Assembly (NCBI GenBank): GCA_977017575.1
Contig: CDRNVI010000073.1
Span: forward strand, 1 to 64,000
Source: Paramoeba atlantica
Lineage: Eukaryota; Protista; Discosea
Length of the DNA: 64,000 bases
Direction: 5' to 3'
The translations under genes and the position numbers were made by a program. The notes under the pieces were generated by a model. It was not told the origin of the DNA. It searched no databases and saw only the letters and a list, made by a program, of their open reading frames with translations. Positions 22,301 to 34,435 of the stretch are shown here, in pieces; positions within the stretch are counted from its first letter, which is position 1; each line of letters starts with the position of its first letter.

Positions 22301-22912
22301 CGTTGCTGTAGTGCTGTGCTGGAATAGACTATGTTGAGATAGTGTGCTTTCAACTTACAGGAAATACAGAACTTAGCATTGTTGTGCCCCCCCCCAACAG
22401 AAAAGAGTTCTCAACGCATTTTTTGACCCTGCTGCAGACCAGGCACGTACGATATTGAGGTAGTCAAAACACTATTTACAGTGCTCGCAAAAATTAGTAA
22501 AACTTTTATTGTAAAATAATAAAAACGTTTTACTAATTAAAAATTCACTAATTTTTGTTTTACTAATTTTTGCACTGCCCCAAAAAATTTGCCAACTTGA
22601 TAAAATCAATTTTTACAGAAACGGTATTTCTGTCGTTTGAGTAGGTTGTCTCCTCTAAGGTCGGCATTAGTACCATCTGCAAAATGGTAATGCTAGGGAA
22701 GACCGCGAGGAGGTCCCGACCATGCTTCCCCATGCTGAGTGTGTCAGTCTTCAGTGAAGCGTATTACAAAGAAAATCCTTACAAAGAATATTCCCCAAAA
22801 AGGGATTGACTTTTACCCCCTCCCATACAATGTCCCTACATGAGCATTTTCTTAAATATGAAAAAAATCTCTTAAATACAAGAGAGAAAAACACCCAAAG
22901 AAAATAATATTA

Positions 22913-24845
22913 AACCACAGTCCGGGTTATTATACCTAGGGACATCTATTGTACCTCCTAGGTATAATAAGTGTCCCTAGGGTCCTTATTATACCTCCCC
23001 CCCCTACCGCTGATCAAACATCGAATACGTATATATTTGAACATACATTTAATACATGTGCTACGAGGATACCCTCCATAATATTTCTGGCAACCGAGAA
23101 ACAGAAACAAGCGATACCAATGAATCCGATACCACGAACGAAGAGTTCGGCGATGGAGGGAATGAATCACCCGACAACGAAAATGACCTTGATCTCGAAG
23201 AAGTAGATTTCTCTAATATATTTCAAGAGGAAGAGGAAAATTCAGAAATTTTGTCTGGCGTCGAAAGGGCCAATCTTCTTGAATCCTATGCACGGTTAAA
23301 AAATTGTCAAAACAAAAATGCTTCCGTCGCGGGAAAATCACCAGCAGGGAAGCAAAGACGTACGGACATATCAATGAAGGACAAGCGAACTGCCATGCGC
23401 TTGCTAGGTTCACTACAAGGTGAGACAGAGTGGTTTTCTAAACTACAGCGAGAGTTGTACCTTACTACACGAGGTCGAGTCTTTTTATCCGGTCGCTCGC
23501 AACTACAAAGCTGGAAACGTCAAACAGAGAATTCATCCCGTGGCGACGGATGTCATAAAAGATTAAGAGGGGAAAACGTTGGAGAAGACGATGTTGGATC
23601 TGAGCTTTATAGATGGTTCTCTAGTCTTCGAGCGCAAAACCTCCGCGTTTCAGTTGCCACTACAAAGCTCAAAGCTCGAACACTGAAAGGCTAATCTGTA
23701 ACCAGAAAATGGTTTTCAAAGTGGAAGAAACGACACAGTATTGTATTGCGGTCTGTTCAAAGACGAACCACCAAAACACACGAACAGATCGTAGCTTGTA
23801 TTCAAGGGTTTCATCAGTTTCTATACTCTATTCGTCTATCTCGGTGCATTGCCATAATCATCAACTTTGATGAAATACCCTTTTCATTTAGCGGAAGCAT
23901 GAACTCCAATTCAACGCTCTCCGAACGCGGAACCACGAACGTCATGGTTTCGGAGGACCCCAATTGGGATAGGCGTTGCTGTTCTTTCATCGCCTCAGTT
24001 GCGGTCATCAAACGAGGAGCTGGGTATTCTCCTTTGTCAATACGTTGTACTGTTCTTCTGCGACGTTCTGCATAAAAACCTTGGACTGTGAGCAACCCGT
24101 TCGGATGGCAAGTCCTCGAGAGTCCAACGGGTGTCGTTACTGGATCTCTGATGGCCAAGCACGTGATACCTTTCATGAAGAGTCAAATTGCTCCACTTTG
24201 TCTAATGATGAAGTATGCTTGAGTATATTTGATAGCGCCAGAGGACATTTGACCGATCTTGCGAAAAATAGAATGGGTGAATTTATGTTATTGGGGGTCA
24301 TACCCGGTGGCATGACACAATTTCTCCAGGCCATTGATGTAAGCTACGCTGCTAGATTTCGTCATGAGTACTCCGTAAATTATTATCAACCCTGGTTACA
24401 ACAGGGGCACAGAAAGATCGCATGAAAGGCAGGTGCAGAACTTATGTTGCGTTGGATGGGTGAAGCCCACCAAGAAACCCTATATGAAATTGATATTGTC
24501 AAGAATTTTAACCAGTTGGGGTATAGCAACCACGAAAACATTCATATTCGTGGCATTTCATATTCTTTCACCCCCGAAGCTACAGCAAACGAAGTTACCC
24601 CCGCGCCTCACCCCACTCAAACACGTTTTCGAAGTACAATTCATGATTATTTTTCACAGGCACAAGAGAAAAACTAGCCAATGTATCATGCGAGTTTGTG
24701 GGCAATGTAAAGACGTACTCGCCGCGAAGCGGCGCGAAATTTTTTTTACCCTTTTTCGCAAAGAAAAGTTATTATACCTAGGGACACTTATTATACCTAG
24801 GGACACTTATTATACCTCCTAGGTATAATAACCCGGACGGTGGTT
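22913..24845 (+). mobile_element. pogo/Tigger-like (CENP-B HTH + DDE_1) DNA transposon, inactive
   Basis: TIRs AACCAC(A/C)GTCCGGGTTATTATACCTAGG with TA flanks. ORF pieces ELYRWFSSLRAQ...KWFSKWKKRH, IINFDEIP, SIFDSARGH and IPGGMTQFLQAIDV, broken by TAA (23692-23694) and frameshifts. Confidence 0.88.
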
Positions 24846-25118
24846 TAATAAAAATCTTGCTCACAGAAATTTTGCTCGCTTTCGTGCGACATAGTAATCT
24901 GAAAACTTTTCGTAAAAAAAAATAGAATTCCGAAAAAAAGAAAAAAATGTAAGGTGTAAAACCTGAATTTTGCAAAATATTTTACTAATTAAAAATTTAC
25001 TAATTTTTGTTTTACGAATTATTGTTACACTAATAATTGTGTGCACTGTAAATCGAAAAAATCATCACAATGGATTAGCTTTCACATTTCAGAGGTATTT
25101 TACTTACCCTATTTCATA

Positions 25119-26304
25119 CCCTGGATGTTGTAATGTGGTAATTTACAACATGTGTGGTAATAGGTGGTAATTACCACATTTTAATTACCCGATTATCGCA
25201 TTCGAAAGCTACCCGAGATTTGACGCACATTCGTCGACGTAAGCACAGATGGAGTAACCTTTGCCCATGTTCCAATTCTTTTACGCATATCTTTGAAAGC
25301 AAGCTCCCGTTCGGTTTGAACTAGCACAACTTTTTTATAACTATACTGCATGCTTCAATATAACGAATTCTTGAAAAATACAAACACATTACAGGGGGGA
25401 AATTAAGTTGTGTCAGCAAAAGTCGTGTTAATTTCTGGGATTAACACGACTTTTGTTGACACAACTTTTGTCCCCTCCATCAGTGAAATGGCAGTGCCAG
25501 AGTGTCATGTAATACCCCTGAAACCGCACTCTCGATGGTCAAGTGACCTTCGCTCCAAAGGAAAGGAGTGAGTATGCACCCATTTTACCAAAAATAAAGA
25601 ACCATTCTATTTTTTAACATATTTTTTTTTCCTCACCACGTTTTCGCATTAACACGACTTTTGTTGACACAACTTTTGTTGCCTAGACTTTGGTTGACAT
25701 AACTTTTCCCCCCAGCGACTTGACATGTACAACCTACTCACAGAACATCATTGATACGAGCTCAGAAACCTGAAGGGACCACTTAGAACCCGTGGTGTTA
25801 CAATGAAGATACATGTATAGAAGACGAGCGCTTTTTTTCAAATGATACATTTCGCCCCTCTAAAGTGGGAGAGCTGCTACCCTAGTCGCCCAGTCCAAAC
25901 GGGATATCCAACCTGAAGTTTCGCGAGTATTTCGGGATCAGGGACTATTTTTCCTATGCGCCCAACTGAGGAGTCTCACGTAGTTCACGAATCAACTCGC
26001 GAGGTTTTTATTCGCCAGAGATTCCATCCAAACCTCCCATGCAAGAGGAACATGCGGAAATTTTCGCCGGATCAGCTATCTGCAATTCCTGCATCGACGC
26101 CTAATGGTCATCTTCCCCCAGATCTTGCTTTGTAAGTCTCCACCTGTAAGTAAAATCATGGTCTGCAGCTTAGGATACAAAAAAGCTCTGAATCAGAATT
26201 CCATTTTTCGCTCAAATTAGTACATATAGATAATGAGGTAATGAAAAAGTGGCAATTACCACTTTAGCACATATTCCGTAATTACCACATTAGCACATCC
26301 AGGG
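25119..26304. mobile_element. Probable non-autonomous TIR element containing a nested MITE (~25392-25715)
   Basis: Imperfect inverted termini CCCTGGATGT(TG/GC)TAATGTGGTAATT. Nested unit has C(A/T)GGGGGGAAA..AAGTT.TGTCA inverted ends and repeated TTAACACGACTTTTGTTGACACAAC. Confidence 0.5.
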
Positions 26305-26385
26305 TGTGCTTTAATGTATCTCGAAGACTAGCATAAAAGAAGCTTTGCACTTTCTACTCCGAATGTTTCGTATCTTGTCTTTCTT

Positions 26386-27767
26386 ATGGTTTTTGATTTC
26401 TATACAACATTTTTCATGTCTCTCACACGCACACTCCTGGCATCAGATACACAATCGACTGTACGTCTAGGTAAGGTTACTGGAGCTTCACTACCAGTGG
26501 AATATGATTTAATGCAATTCTTACAAGGCGTAGAGAATCATCATTCTACCTGGGGTACGAGTACGCCAGCGTGTGAATGGAAACATATCGATTGCGATAT
26601 ATCTGGCAATGTAGTCGATCTGCAGTGGTCGCATTTACACCTTCGTGGTGAGCTGAATCTGAAATATTTGCCCGTCACATTGGTGAATCTACAATAAAAA
26701 TACAGTTTCTGTACCTTGTTGGTACATTTTCCTAGCTCATCATTTCTCTCCCGGAAACGGGCATATTTTTACTATGTTAATGCCCGTTTTCGGATGGCGC
26801 TAGGAGAGGAACTGTCCCTCTTGTCGCAAAGTAGGGGTGCGCCTCCCTTCCCTCATCTCCCACCACCCCGCTCGGAGCACGGTTCCGAGTTCCCATGCGC
26901 TGCAGGACCCTACTACGGGACCACGCGTCGTGCCTCCACCATCCGGCGACACCGGTACTGCTGCGCGCAGGAGGCTTCCATATACCGGAAGTCTCCCACA
27001 CGGCGAGCAAACACGTTGTATGCGTGTTCTAGAGGATGCTCTATGCACCTCTCTTGCTCACCAGCCGTGGCGGATTCTGTGGGACCCCGATGCCCATGAT
27101 GCATCATGAACCATGACTCCATTTGCCAGCATGCATCCATGGCCCTGACCATGTTGTATCATGAACCATGGAAGTCATTTGTAGCATGTACGATGGGAAT
27201 ACCATCCGCGTCCCACAAATCCGTATGTCTTCCCTGGCAGGCTACGCTCTCTTCCCGTCTCGGGACATCTTATCCCGATGAAGCCGTTCTTTTCGTTTCC
27301 CCAGGAGGATATGCCGTGCTTTTCCCGGTGTCGTAGAGTGAGGCGACAGGTTCAGCAGGGAGCGCCCTTTGCGTCACCCCTGCTGAGCCCAGTATCTCCA
27401 CAGGTTTTCGCCCTGTATGAATAAAACCTTTCATCGTAATGAATTTTCGGGAAATTTTGATTTTGAAGTACTGCCTCCAAGATTAGAAACAATTTCTTTA
27501 TCTGGCAACCAATTTACGGGCATCCCAAGCCTCTGTAATCTGCCCATGCTAGAATACGCCTCCATCAGTCACAACGAATTTCAAGATTATATGAACTTTT
27601 ATTCGCTCCCGCTAACCTTGACCCATTTGTTTTTGAAATTTAACAGTAAATTGGAAGGTTACTTGAACGTAGGTGGTGTACTGAAGAATTTGTATTACAA
27701 TGTTGGGGGGACGCGAATTAAAGTGAGTAATGGGAGACTAAAACAAGTAATGAGATCATACAAATAA
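26386..27767 (+). pseudogene. LRR3, split by a ~735-bp insertion
   Basis: 5' half ends ...YLPVTLVNL at ~26692; 3' half resumes FHRNEFSGNFDF at ~27429; collinear with intact LRR1. Confidence 0.88.
26693..27426 (+). mobile_element. SL-RNA-headed interspersed element / SL gene orphon
   Basis: Begins ATACAGTTTCTGTAC-CTTGTTG|GTAC (3' half of kinetoplastid SL exon plus donor GT) followed by stem-loops; AATAAAA repeated at both ends; homologous to 39390-39815 and 49308-49478. Confidence 0.65.
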
Positions 27768-28065
27768 ATATGTTTTACTTAGGTAAGTCTTTAGTGGCAG
27801 AAATGGTCCTGATTTATTTTAAGATAGTAGACTAGCTTACTGGCAACTTCTTTCCTTTTTCGGTCAAACTAAAGCAAATTCGGCCCTTTTGTTCAATTAT
27901 TGTTAAATTTTCTCCCCGCTAAATACCGTCCGATCCATAATTGAGGAATAACTTTAAATAATGCGCAAGATTTTAAGAGATTAAGTATTGCACTAATTGA
28001 ATGCGAAAGACATTATAGCTATGTGAAAGATATAATGTGAAAGACAATGTACATCTCAATGTACA

Positions 28066-29168
28066 TCTTAATGCACACTGATAATGCATAATGCACACTG
28101 ATAATGTATACAGGGGGGATCATCAATATCGGGACACCCGCCATTTTTGTGCCATGTGTCCGTTTCGCCTGATTTTCGTTGCAAAAGAGAGATCTCGACG
28201 CGAATATGATCGGAACGATATTTTGCGCCTATTGAAACACACCTAAAGTAGGGTGTGTACGACAAAAAGGATTTTTTTCAAAATTTGCACATTTGAAAAT
28301 GTGGATAAAAATGTCTTAAAAAGCATTGAAAAAGTTATTTAGTATGAAATAACCCCTCCGTTGCACTTTCGTAACTCACTTACACTTTCTAACCGTTTTG
28401 GGAGGCTCTTCAGAGTCTTCTCTAGGATATCCCGCTTTTCGGTTAGGAGACATTCAATAGCCTTGGGTATGGCCTCTCGCAATTCATGCCTATTTTTCGG
28501 ACGCAAAGAACTATGAATGTAGTCATCCATGATTGACCACAAGTTTTCTATCAAGTTTAAGTCAGGTGACTTTGAGGGCCAATCAATAATGTTTAGGCCT
28601 GCTTGCAATCGCGCACGACGGGCTTGCCCATGACCCGGTGCAATAAAAGAGAATTGTATCCTTTAACAGACAATTTTAACGGGATTTGCACAATTCTTAC
28701 ATAAATTTGCATATTTTTTAGAGATTTTTTTTATTTTTTTTATACCATTTTTTACAAGTGTGTTTAAATAGGCGCAAAATGTCGTTCCGATCATATTCGC
28801 GTCGAGATCTCTCTTTTGCAACAAAAATCAGGTGAAACGGACCCACGGCCCAAAAATGGGAGGTGTCCCGATATTAGTGATCCCCCCTGTATAGGCACAC
28901 TGATAATGCATAAAACTCGCACACTGATAATACATAATGCACACTGATAATGCGTATAGGCACACTGATAACGCATAAAACTCGCAGACTGATAATACAT
29001 AATGCACACTGATAATGCGTATAGGCACACTGATAACGCATAAAACTCGCAGACTGATAATACATAATGCACACTGATAATGCATAATTGACACTGATAA
29101 CGCATAAAACTCGCAGACTGATAATACATAATGCACACTGATAATGCATAATTGACACTGATAATGCA
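28066..29168. repeat. Minisatellite (core CACTGATAATGCAT, ~19-24-bp variant units) interrupted by a Tc1 element; short inverted copy at ~29557-29603
   Basis: Tandem GCACACTGATAATGCATAAT / AAAACTCGCAGACTGATAATACATAAT units on both sides of 28111-28889. Confidence 0.9.
28111..28889 (-). mobile_element. Internally deleted Tc1/mariner element with long TIRs
   Basis: TA-CAGGGGGGATCA...TGATCCCCCCTG-TA, roughly 140-bp imperfect TIRs; internal DWPSKSPDLNLIENLWSIM transposase C-terminus (28339-28608). Confidence 0.9.
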
Positions 29169-29255
29169 TGAAGACTATATTCACACAAAGTCTGTTTTTT
29201 CTGATAATTTTTGCTGCATTTTAGTATGAGTGAACCGCGTGTACGGTGGAATTGT

Positions 29256-29456
29256 TGGGCTTCGCAAATTGCTTCCCACTAACGTCAGACGTTTTTGTCT
29301 TGCAGACGGGTAAACAAGGTCTTGGCTTGTGCTAAATCTTGGCTGTTAAACAAGGTCTTGGCTTTTGGGTATGGTGGAATTGTTGGGCTTCGCAAATTAC
29401 TTCCCACTAACGTCGGGCGTTTTTGTCTTGCAGACGGGTAAACAAGGTCTTGGCTT
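29256..29456. repeat. Direct duplication of an ~80-bp block (period ~120 bp)
   Basis: TGGAATTGTTGGGCTTCGCAAATT.CTTCCCACTAACGTC...GGGTAAACAAGGTCTTGGCTT occurs twice. Confidence 0.8.
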
Positions 29457-30541
29457 CTACAAAGTTTTTTCTAGTTTTTTCTACAATTTTTTTGAAGGGC
29501 CTTTCTTCAATTTTTTTTAAGGGCTCATTTTTTTTTTCGAAGGGCTTACACAAAATATGCATTATCAGTGTGCGAGTTTTATGCATTATCAGTGTGCGAG
29601 TTTTTATCCCCTCCCCCCTGGACCCCGCCCTGGACCCCCTGGTTCCCCCTGAGTCCAAAATACATCGGGGGTCATTTTTCTAAAACACATCATTTGTTCT
29701 CCCTTTTTTATGCTTTGTTATAATATTTTCTTTCGCGTTTTAGCTTGTTTTCTTTGTGTTTGATAGATCTCGTTCCTTTATTCCTTTTTTTTATGGAGAA
29801 ATCTTTGCCGCAACCCGCTCGACCACCACCCGGTGTCCAACCGGCAGGCTTTTCTTGATCGAGTAAGCTGGCCACCTTCCAGTGGCAAGATGAATAATTG
29901 TTTCCACTCATGCACCTCCCCCCAACCTGGACCCGGCTTCGCCCTCCCCTATACCTTCCATATGTACCTTCCATATGTAATATCCTTCCGTATGTGTTTA
30001 TATCCCCCTGGAGTCCCCTAGACCCCCCACCCGGATTCTCCAGCGAACTCCATAGCCGAAAAAACGACAAGTACCTTTGCCATTGGTGTCTCCTGGGACC
30101 TGACTGGGTTTGCATTTTACTGGTTTCAGCCCTCTTATGAATCGGACGGTAGGGGAAATGTGGTAGTTGTAGGGTGGTGTATATGGAGGCCTTCACGCAA
30201 CTCGTGGGCCTCACCAGCAGTACAAGTGAAGTTACCTATTTTTTATGTTAACTATTCTGCAAAAACGTAAAGTTTTTAGGGGTTGAAGTTTTTTTAGCGG
30301 TTGAGTTTTTTTAACGGGTCAACTCCAGTTTTTTTTTCAAAAACTTCTTCGCTGGATTCCACCTTATTTTATAATAACACTCAATGGGTTAAGGTGTTAA
30401 ATGAGATCATGTTATTTTTCACGTGAGAACATGTGAACTCTTCCTCATAGTTTGTCACCGCAAATAATGTATCCGCATATTTCCCCCTAGGGACGATAAT
30501 ATTGTGTTACTTTTTGCTTCATAATTACTACTATAGTAACA

Positions 30542-32086
30542 TTGATGGAATCGCATTCTGCATCACAAAGCTTTTCTCCGGAGCCGTGCGAGCCGCCGCC
30601 TTCCCGCACGTTACATCCCAACTCACCTGTCTTCTCCCCTGAACTCGAAACAAACCATCCAAACGCAGCTCACGAAGGGTTTCCCAATTCTGATAATCCT
30701 TCCGGTCACGTCTCTTCCGAGGAGACCAGCCATTCCGAACCATTTCCTGTGGACCCTGTCCCCACAGAACACTCCTCACAAAACCGAGCCTCTCACTCAA
30801 CTCCCACGTTCGAAAATCATCCACCCCCTCCTGAACCTCCTTTCCATGATTCTTTTTTCGACCCCCCGCACCCTCCTCAAGATACGAAAAAAAGCGAACA
30901 GCCCTCCCCCCTTTCTACCCGAGAGTTTCCTCCCCGACGTCTTCGCTCCTTATTCTCCTCTTCCTCCTCCTCTCAACCCCTCAAACGGTTGGCTTCCCTT
31001 TCCCACCCTCTCCGCCGACCCCTCCCCACCTCCTCTCATCATGGATCACATTACCCCACACGTACTCGGGTGGCCTTGCAGCCTTCTGCTCCTGCCCCTG
31101 CTCCTTCACGAGAGTCTTCTGCTGCTGCTGCTTCCTTATCCGACCCTGCTGCTTCTTTTTCTTCTTTTTCTTTTTCTAATCCCACTACAAATTCTTTATT
31201 CTCTCCACAACAACAACAACAACCCAATGACCAACAACAAAAGAATACCAAACAACAGCAACACGATTTCTTCTTTTCTGAAATCCGTGACGCCCTTCGT
31301 CGTCTCGACAACGCCTCCGAGAGCTGTTCCCAGGACCTGGCCTCGATCCACACCCAGTTCGAGGGGGTGCTGGTCCACCAGGAGCAGCTCACGGGGCGGA
31401 TGGCAGAGAACACCCAGCACGTGCGGTACATCCTCACACGGCTGTCCGCGCTGCAGCAGTCCCAGAACCGGCTGAAGGGGAAAGGGGGGCTGCTGCGGGG
31501 GGTGCTGGGCTACGCCTACTCCCCGTTGGTGTTTTGGTTTAAAGGGGTGTGGCTGGTGGTGCATTTCGTGCTCGGCACCCTGAGGGGGTTGTGGTTGTGG
31601 CAAACGGGGGTGAGAGCGCTCACGGGAGGGGGCGGGGGGAGCAAGGAAAGAGGGAAAAGGCAAGGGAAGGGGGAAGAGGGGGTGGTGCGCCATTTTTGGA
31701 CACACCCGTGGTGGAGCCTTTGGCGGCGTTCGGGGAGTAATCGGACTTCGGAGTCGGGAAAAGGGGGTGGGGAGATCGGCACGGCGGTGGGAAAAGAAGG
31801 CTCGGGTTTCCAGGTTTCGGATCCTAGAGTTTCGTTGCCGAGCGTATTGGAAGGCGAGAGCGCAGAAGGAGGTCGCGAAGGAAACTCTTCAACGCCCTTG
31901 TTGAGAAATGTAGAAGAGCGCGTTTCGGATGAGACCGCCCCACTTAATCTTAAAGTATCAGAGGCGGAGAATAGTGAATTTCGACCCTTACCCCGTCGTT
32001 TGAGCACTCACTCGCTAAGCACTCGCACAGATTCCGATGCTCATTCTCTTTTATATCGGTTGAAAGGGGTTCCTTTGGAGTCCTGA
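30542..32086 (+). CDS. Hypothetical protein with Pro/Ser-rich N-terminus, coiled coil and hydrophobic (TM-like) segment
   Basis: 514-aa ORF; heptad-like FSEIRDALRRLD...LSALQQSQNRL followed by YAYSPLVFWFKGVWLVVHFVLGTLRGLWLW. Confidence 0.75.
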   Translation: MMESHSASQSFSPEPCEPPPSRTLHPNSPVFSPELETNHPNAAHEGFPNSDNPSGHVSSEETSHSEPFPVDPVPTEHSSQNRASHSTPTFENHPPPPEPPFHDSFFDPPHPPQDTKKSEQPSPLSTREFPPRRLRSLFSSSSSSQPLKRLASLSHPLRRPLPTSSHHGSHYPTRTRVALQPSAPAPAPSRESSAAAASLSDPAASFSSFSFSNPTTNSLFSPQQQQQPNDQQQKNTKQQQHDFFFSEIRDALRRLDNASESCSQDLASIHTQFEGVLVHQEQLTGRMAENTQHVRYILTRLSALQQSQNRLKGKGGLLRGVLGYAYSPLVFWFKGVWLVVHFVLGTLRGLWLWQTGVRALTGGGGGSKERGKRQGKGEEGVVRHFWTHPWWSLWRRSGSNRTSESGKGGGEIGTAVGKEGSGFQVSDPRVSLPSVLEGESAEGGREGNSSTPLLRNVEERVSDETAPLNLKVSEAENSEFRPLPRRLSTHSLSTRTDSDAHSLLYRLKGVPLES

Positions 32087-32958
32087 AGATAGGATGCAAA
32101 GAACGAAAATTAGCTGTTTTTCCAAACACATTGAGTATTTGCACTCATAGTAGTCCTGTAACGTCGCTGTGGTAGCTGTTTCGTAAAACGTGGTGGTTGT
32201 TCGGGTTCGCGAATTGCTTCCCATGAGCGTTACGTCGGATATGGATCCGGGTATTCAACTTGTTAAAATGTTCAAACAGATCGTTTGTCGCCGAAGCAAT
32301 GTGGTCTTATCCCTCTCTGGCACCGAAGCCTGTACCAGCGGGACGTAGGCGCTCGTGCAGATGACAAGTCGTTCACACGGAAAACACCTCGAAAGGTTCC
32401 AAAGGGAGTGCTTTCCGCTGTGTGGGTCAGCTATGAAAATGTTGTGTTGGCGCCGGATGGCCCAGTCAGCAAATTGTTTAGGTCTGCGTTTTGGGTTTTT
32501 CCGCCGGCCCGCCGTAAGAAGACACCGGTTTTTCTCTTAGCACACGCCGAGTCAGGACGGTGTATTCCTGGCCTGTAGTAAAACCTCATAAGGTGGCCGA
32601 AAACGGCTGGATGATTAAATGATGTGTGATTAAATGATGTGTCGCGAAGCGTGTGTGTCGCGCGAATTCTCTTGTAACTGCAATAGAGTTGCAGGCGTTC
32701 CCGTAGTCGAGCCCTGGCCGTCCACGTAGTATTGGCCCACATCTACTTCTATTTAACTCTCCTGCTGCTATTCTTTCTTCTGGTGTTATTTGATTGAGAT
32801 ATCTCCACATATCTCCGGCTATCTGCAGCTATTCTCCATTGTAAGGGGCAGAATGAAGTAGGGACTTAGTTTCGGTTTGCGGAGATAGGATCTTTCATGT
32901 TTGTATACCGTAATAGTTCACTTAAAAAATAGTTCTAAATACCTGTTCAATCATTTTC

Positions 32959-33729
32959 ATGATTCTCTTGACCACTTCTCACGACGTTTCGGCTAAGAGA
33001 CGTAAAATCAGTGCCATCGACCCATCTACGCCGGAATCTGATTGCAGAATCTCAGTAGCACGTACTGGAAAGATAAATCAGGCTATGCTACCGGAAGAAT
33101 ATAAGCTCGCACGACTAGTCGAAGAGCTTGAAAACTTGGACTCATCCTGGATCACCGATACGCCCGCGTGTGAGTGGTTCGGTGTAAAGTGTAACGAGCG
33201 CAGTCACATTACTGAAATTCATTGGGACGAGAAGCACTTATCCGGAGAATTATTTATTCATCATTTTCCAGAAACTCTGTTCCTCTTTAGTGCACGAAAT
33301 AATAATATGACGGGACGCGCCTTACTGGGTGATCTTCCTCCAATTCATGAGACTTTTATTATTACAAAGAATCATTTTCATGGAGAACTAGACTTAACTG
33401 TTCTTCCGCAAAGTATGAAGGTTCTCCGACTGAGCTGTAATGATTTCGCTGGAGAAGTCTGTCTCACAAGTCTTCCTCCGCGATTGGAAAAGCTCTTCCT
33501 TTCGCGCAATCGTCTGTGCGGAACTCCCAACCTTACAGCCCTTCCCCCATTGTTGCTTCACTTGGGATTAAGCAGCAACGCATTTTCTGGTACTGTTGAT
33601 CTAAGTCAGTTGCCTCGATCTCTTAGAGAAGTCAGCTTGTCAAATAACCCGGATTTACTATGTCGTATGAAGTACGTAGATGAGCTACAAAACGCAGGGA
33701 GTTTTGCTTTTACGTACAGAAATCAATAA
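32959..33729 (+). CDS. Short leucine-rich repeat protein (LRR4)
   Basis: WITDTPACEWFGVKC cap plus about six LRR repeats. Confidence 0.9.
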   Translation: MILLTTSHDVSAKRRKISAIDPSTPESDCRISVARTGKINQAMLPEEYKLARLVEELENLDSSWITDTPACEWFGVKCNERSHITEIHWDEKHLSGELFIHHFPETLFLFSARNNNMTGRALLGDLPPIHETFIITKNHFHGELDLTVLPQSMKVLRLSCNDFAGEVCLTSLPPRLEKLFLSRNRLCGTPNLTALPPLLLHLGLSSNAFSGTVDLSQLPRSLREVSLSNNPDLLCRMKYVDELQNAGSFAFTYRNQ

Positions 33730-34059
33730 ATTTTGTTGAAATTTTATCCTTCCGAAAAGCACTGACATATGCAATTTCCTAATACGTGTGCATGATTATT
33801 ATTCCAGAAAACAAGTTCACATTACTATTACAATTTAGTCACATTACATTATATGTAGTCTAGAAAATAATAGACAACAAAGAGTTCTTAACACAAAAAA
33901 AATCGTACTTATAGGTAATGGACTACTTATGCGCTATTCAGAGCAAACGCTGTACCACGCGTGCTTCTATTGTGTGGCAAAATAATATTGTAAACTTTAT
34001 AAGCTCTAAATTGATTTTTTTCTTCTGGTTTTACGTGTGTGTTCTTCCGTAGGTTCGTA

Positions 34060-34435
34060 TCATTGATTTTCCTTATCGATTAAAAAAGGACATGGAATTG
34101 CAGCTTGCAGTTCCTTACGGTTTGTGGGACGGAGAGTAAATTTGATGTGGTGGTCCATCATGCTCCACAAATTTTCGATTAGTAAATTTAAATCCAGGGA
34201 CTTGGTAGGCCAATCCGGAATGCTAATACCCATGTCTGCCGACACGGCGAGTATGATTATGGCCCGTAGCGTTGTCCATGATCACTGTAGTCGCTGGTTT
34301 ACGCTTTAACCAGTTATAGAAACCATTTCGTTTTGTCATGACAGAGAGAAAGTTTTCATTAGTTACCGTCTCGTTCTCTGCAAACTCATGAAAGCAGTGA
34401 ACCTTGGGAACCCCCCTTTCAAGGCTCACCGCCAT
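34060..34435 (-). pseudogene. Tc1-family transposase remnant
   Basis: VIMDNATGH and DWPTKSLDLNLLIENLWSMM in broken frames; similar to 28339-28608. Confidence 0.8.

Noticed and set aside
28066-29168. CRISPR array
   Set aside because: Units are contiguous degenerate tandem repeats without unique spacers; no cas genes; eukaryotic context.
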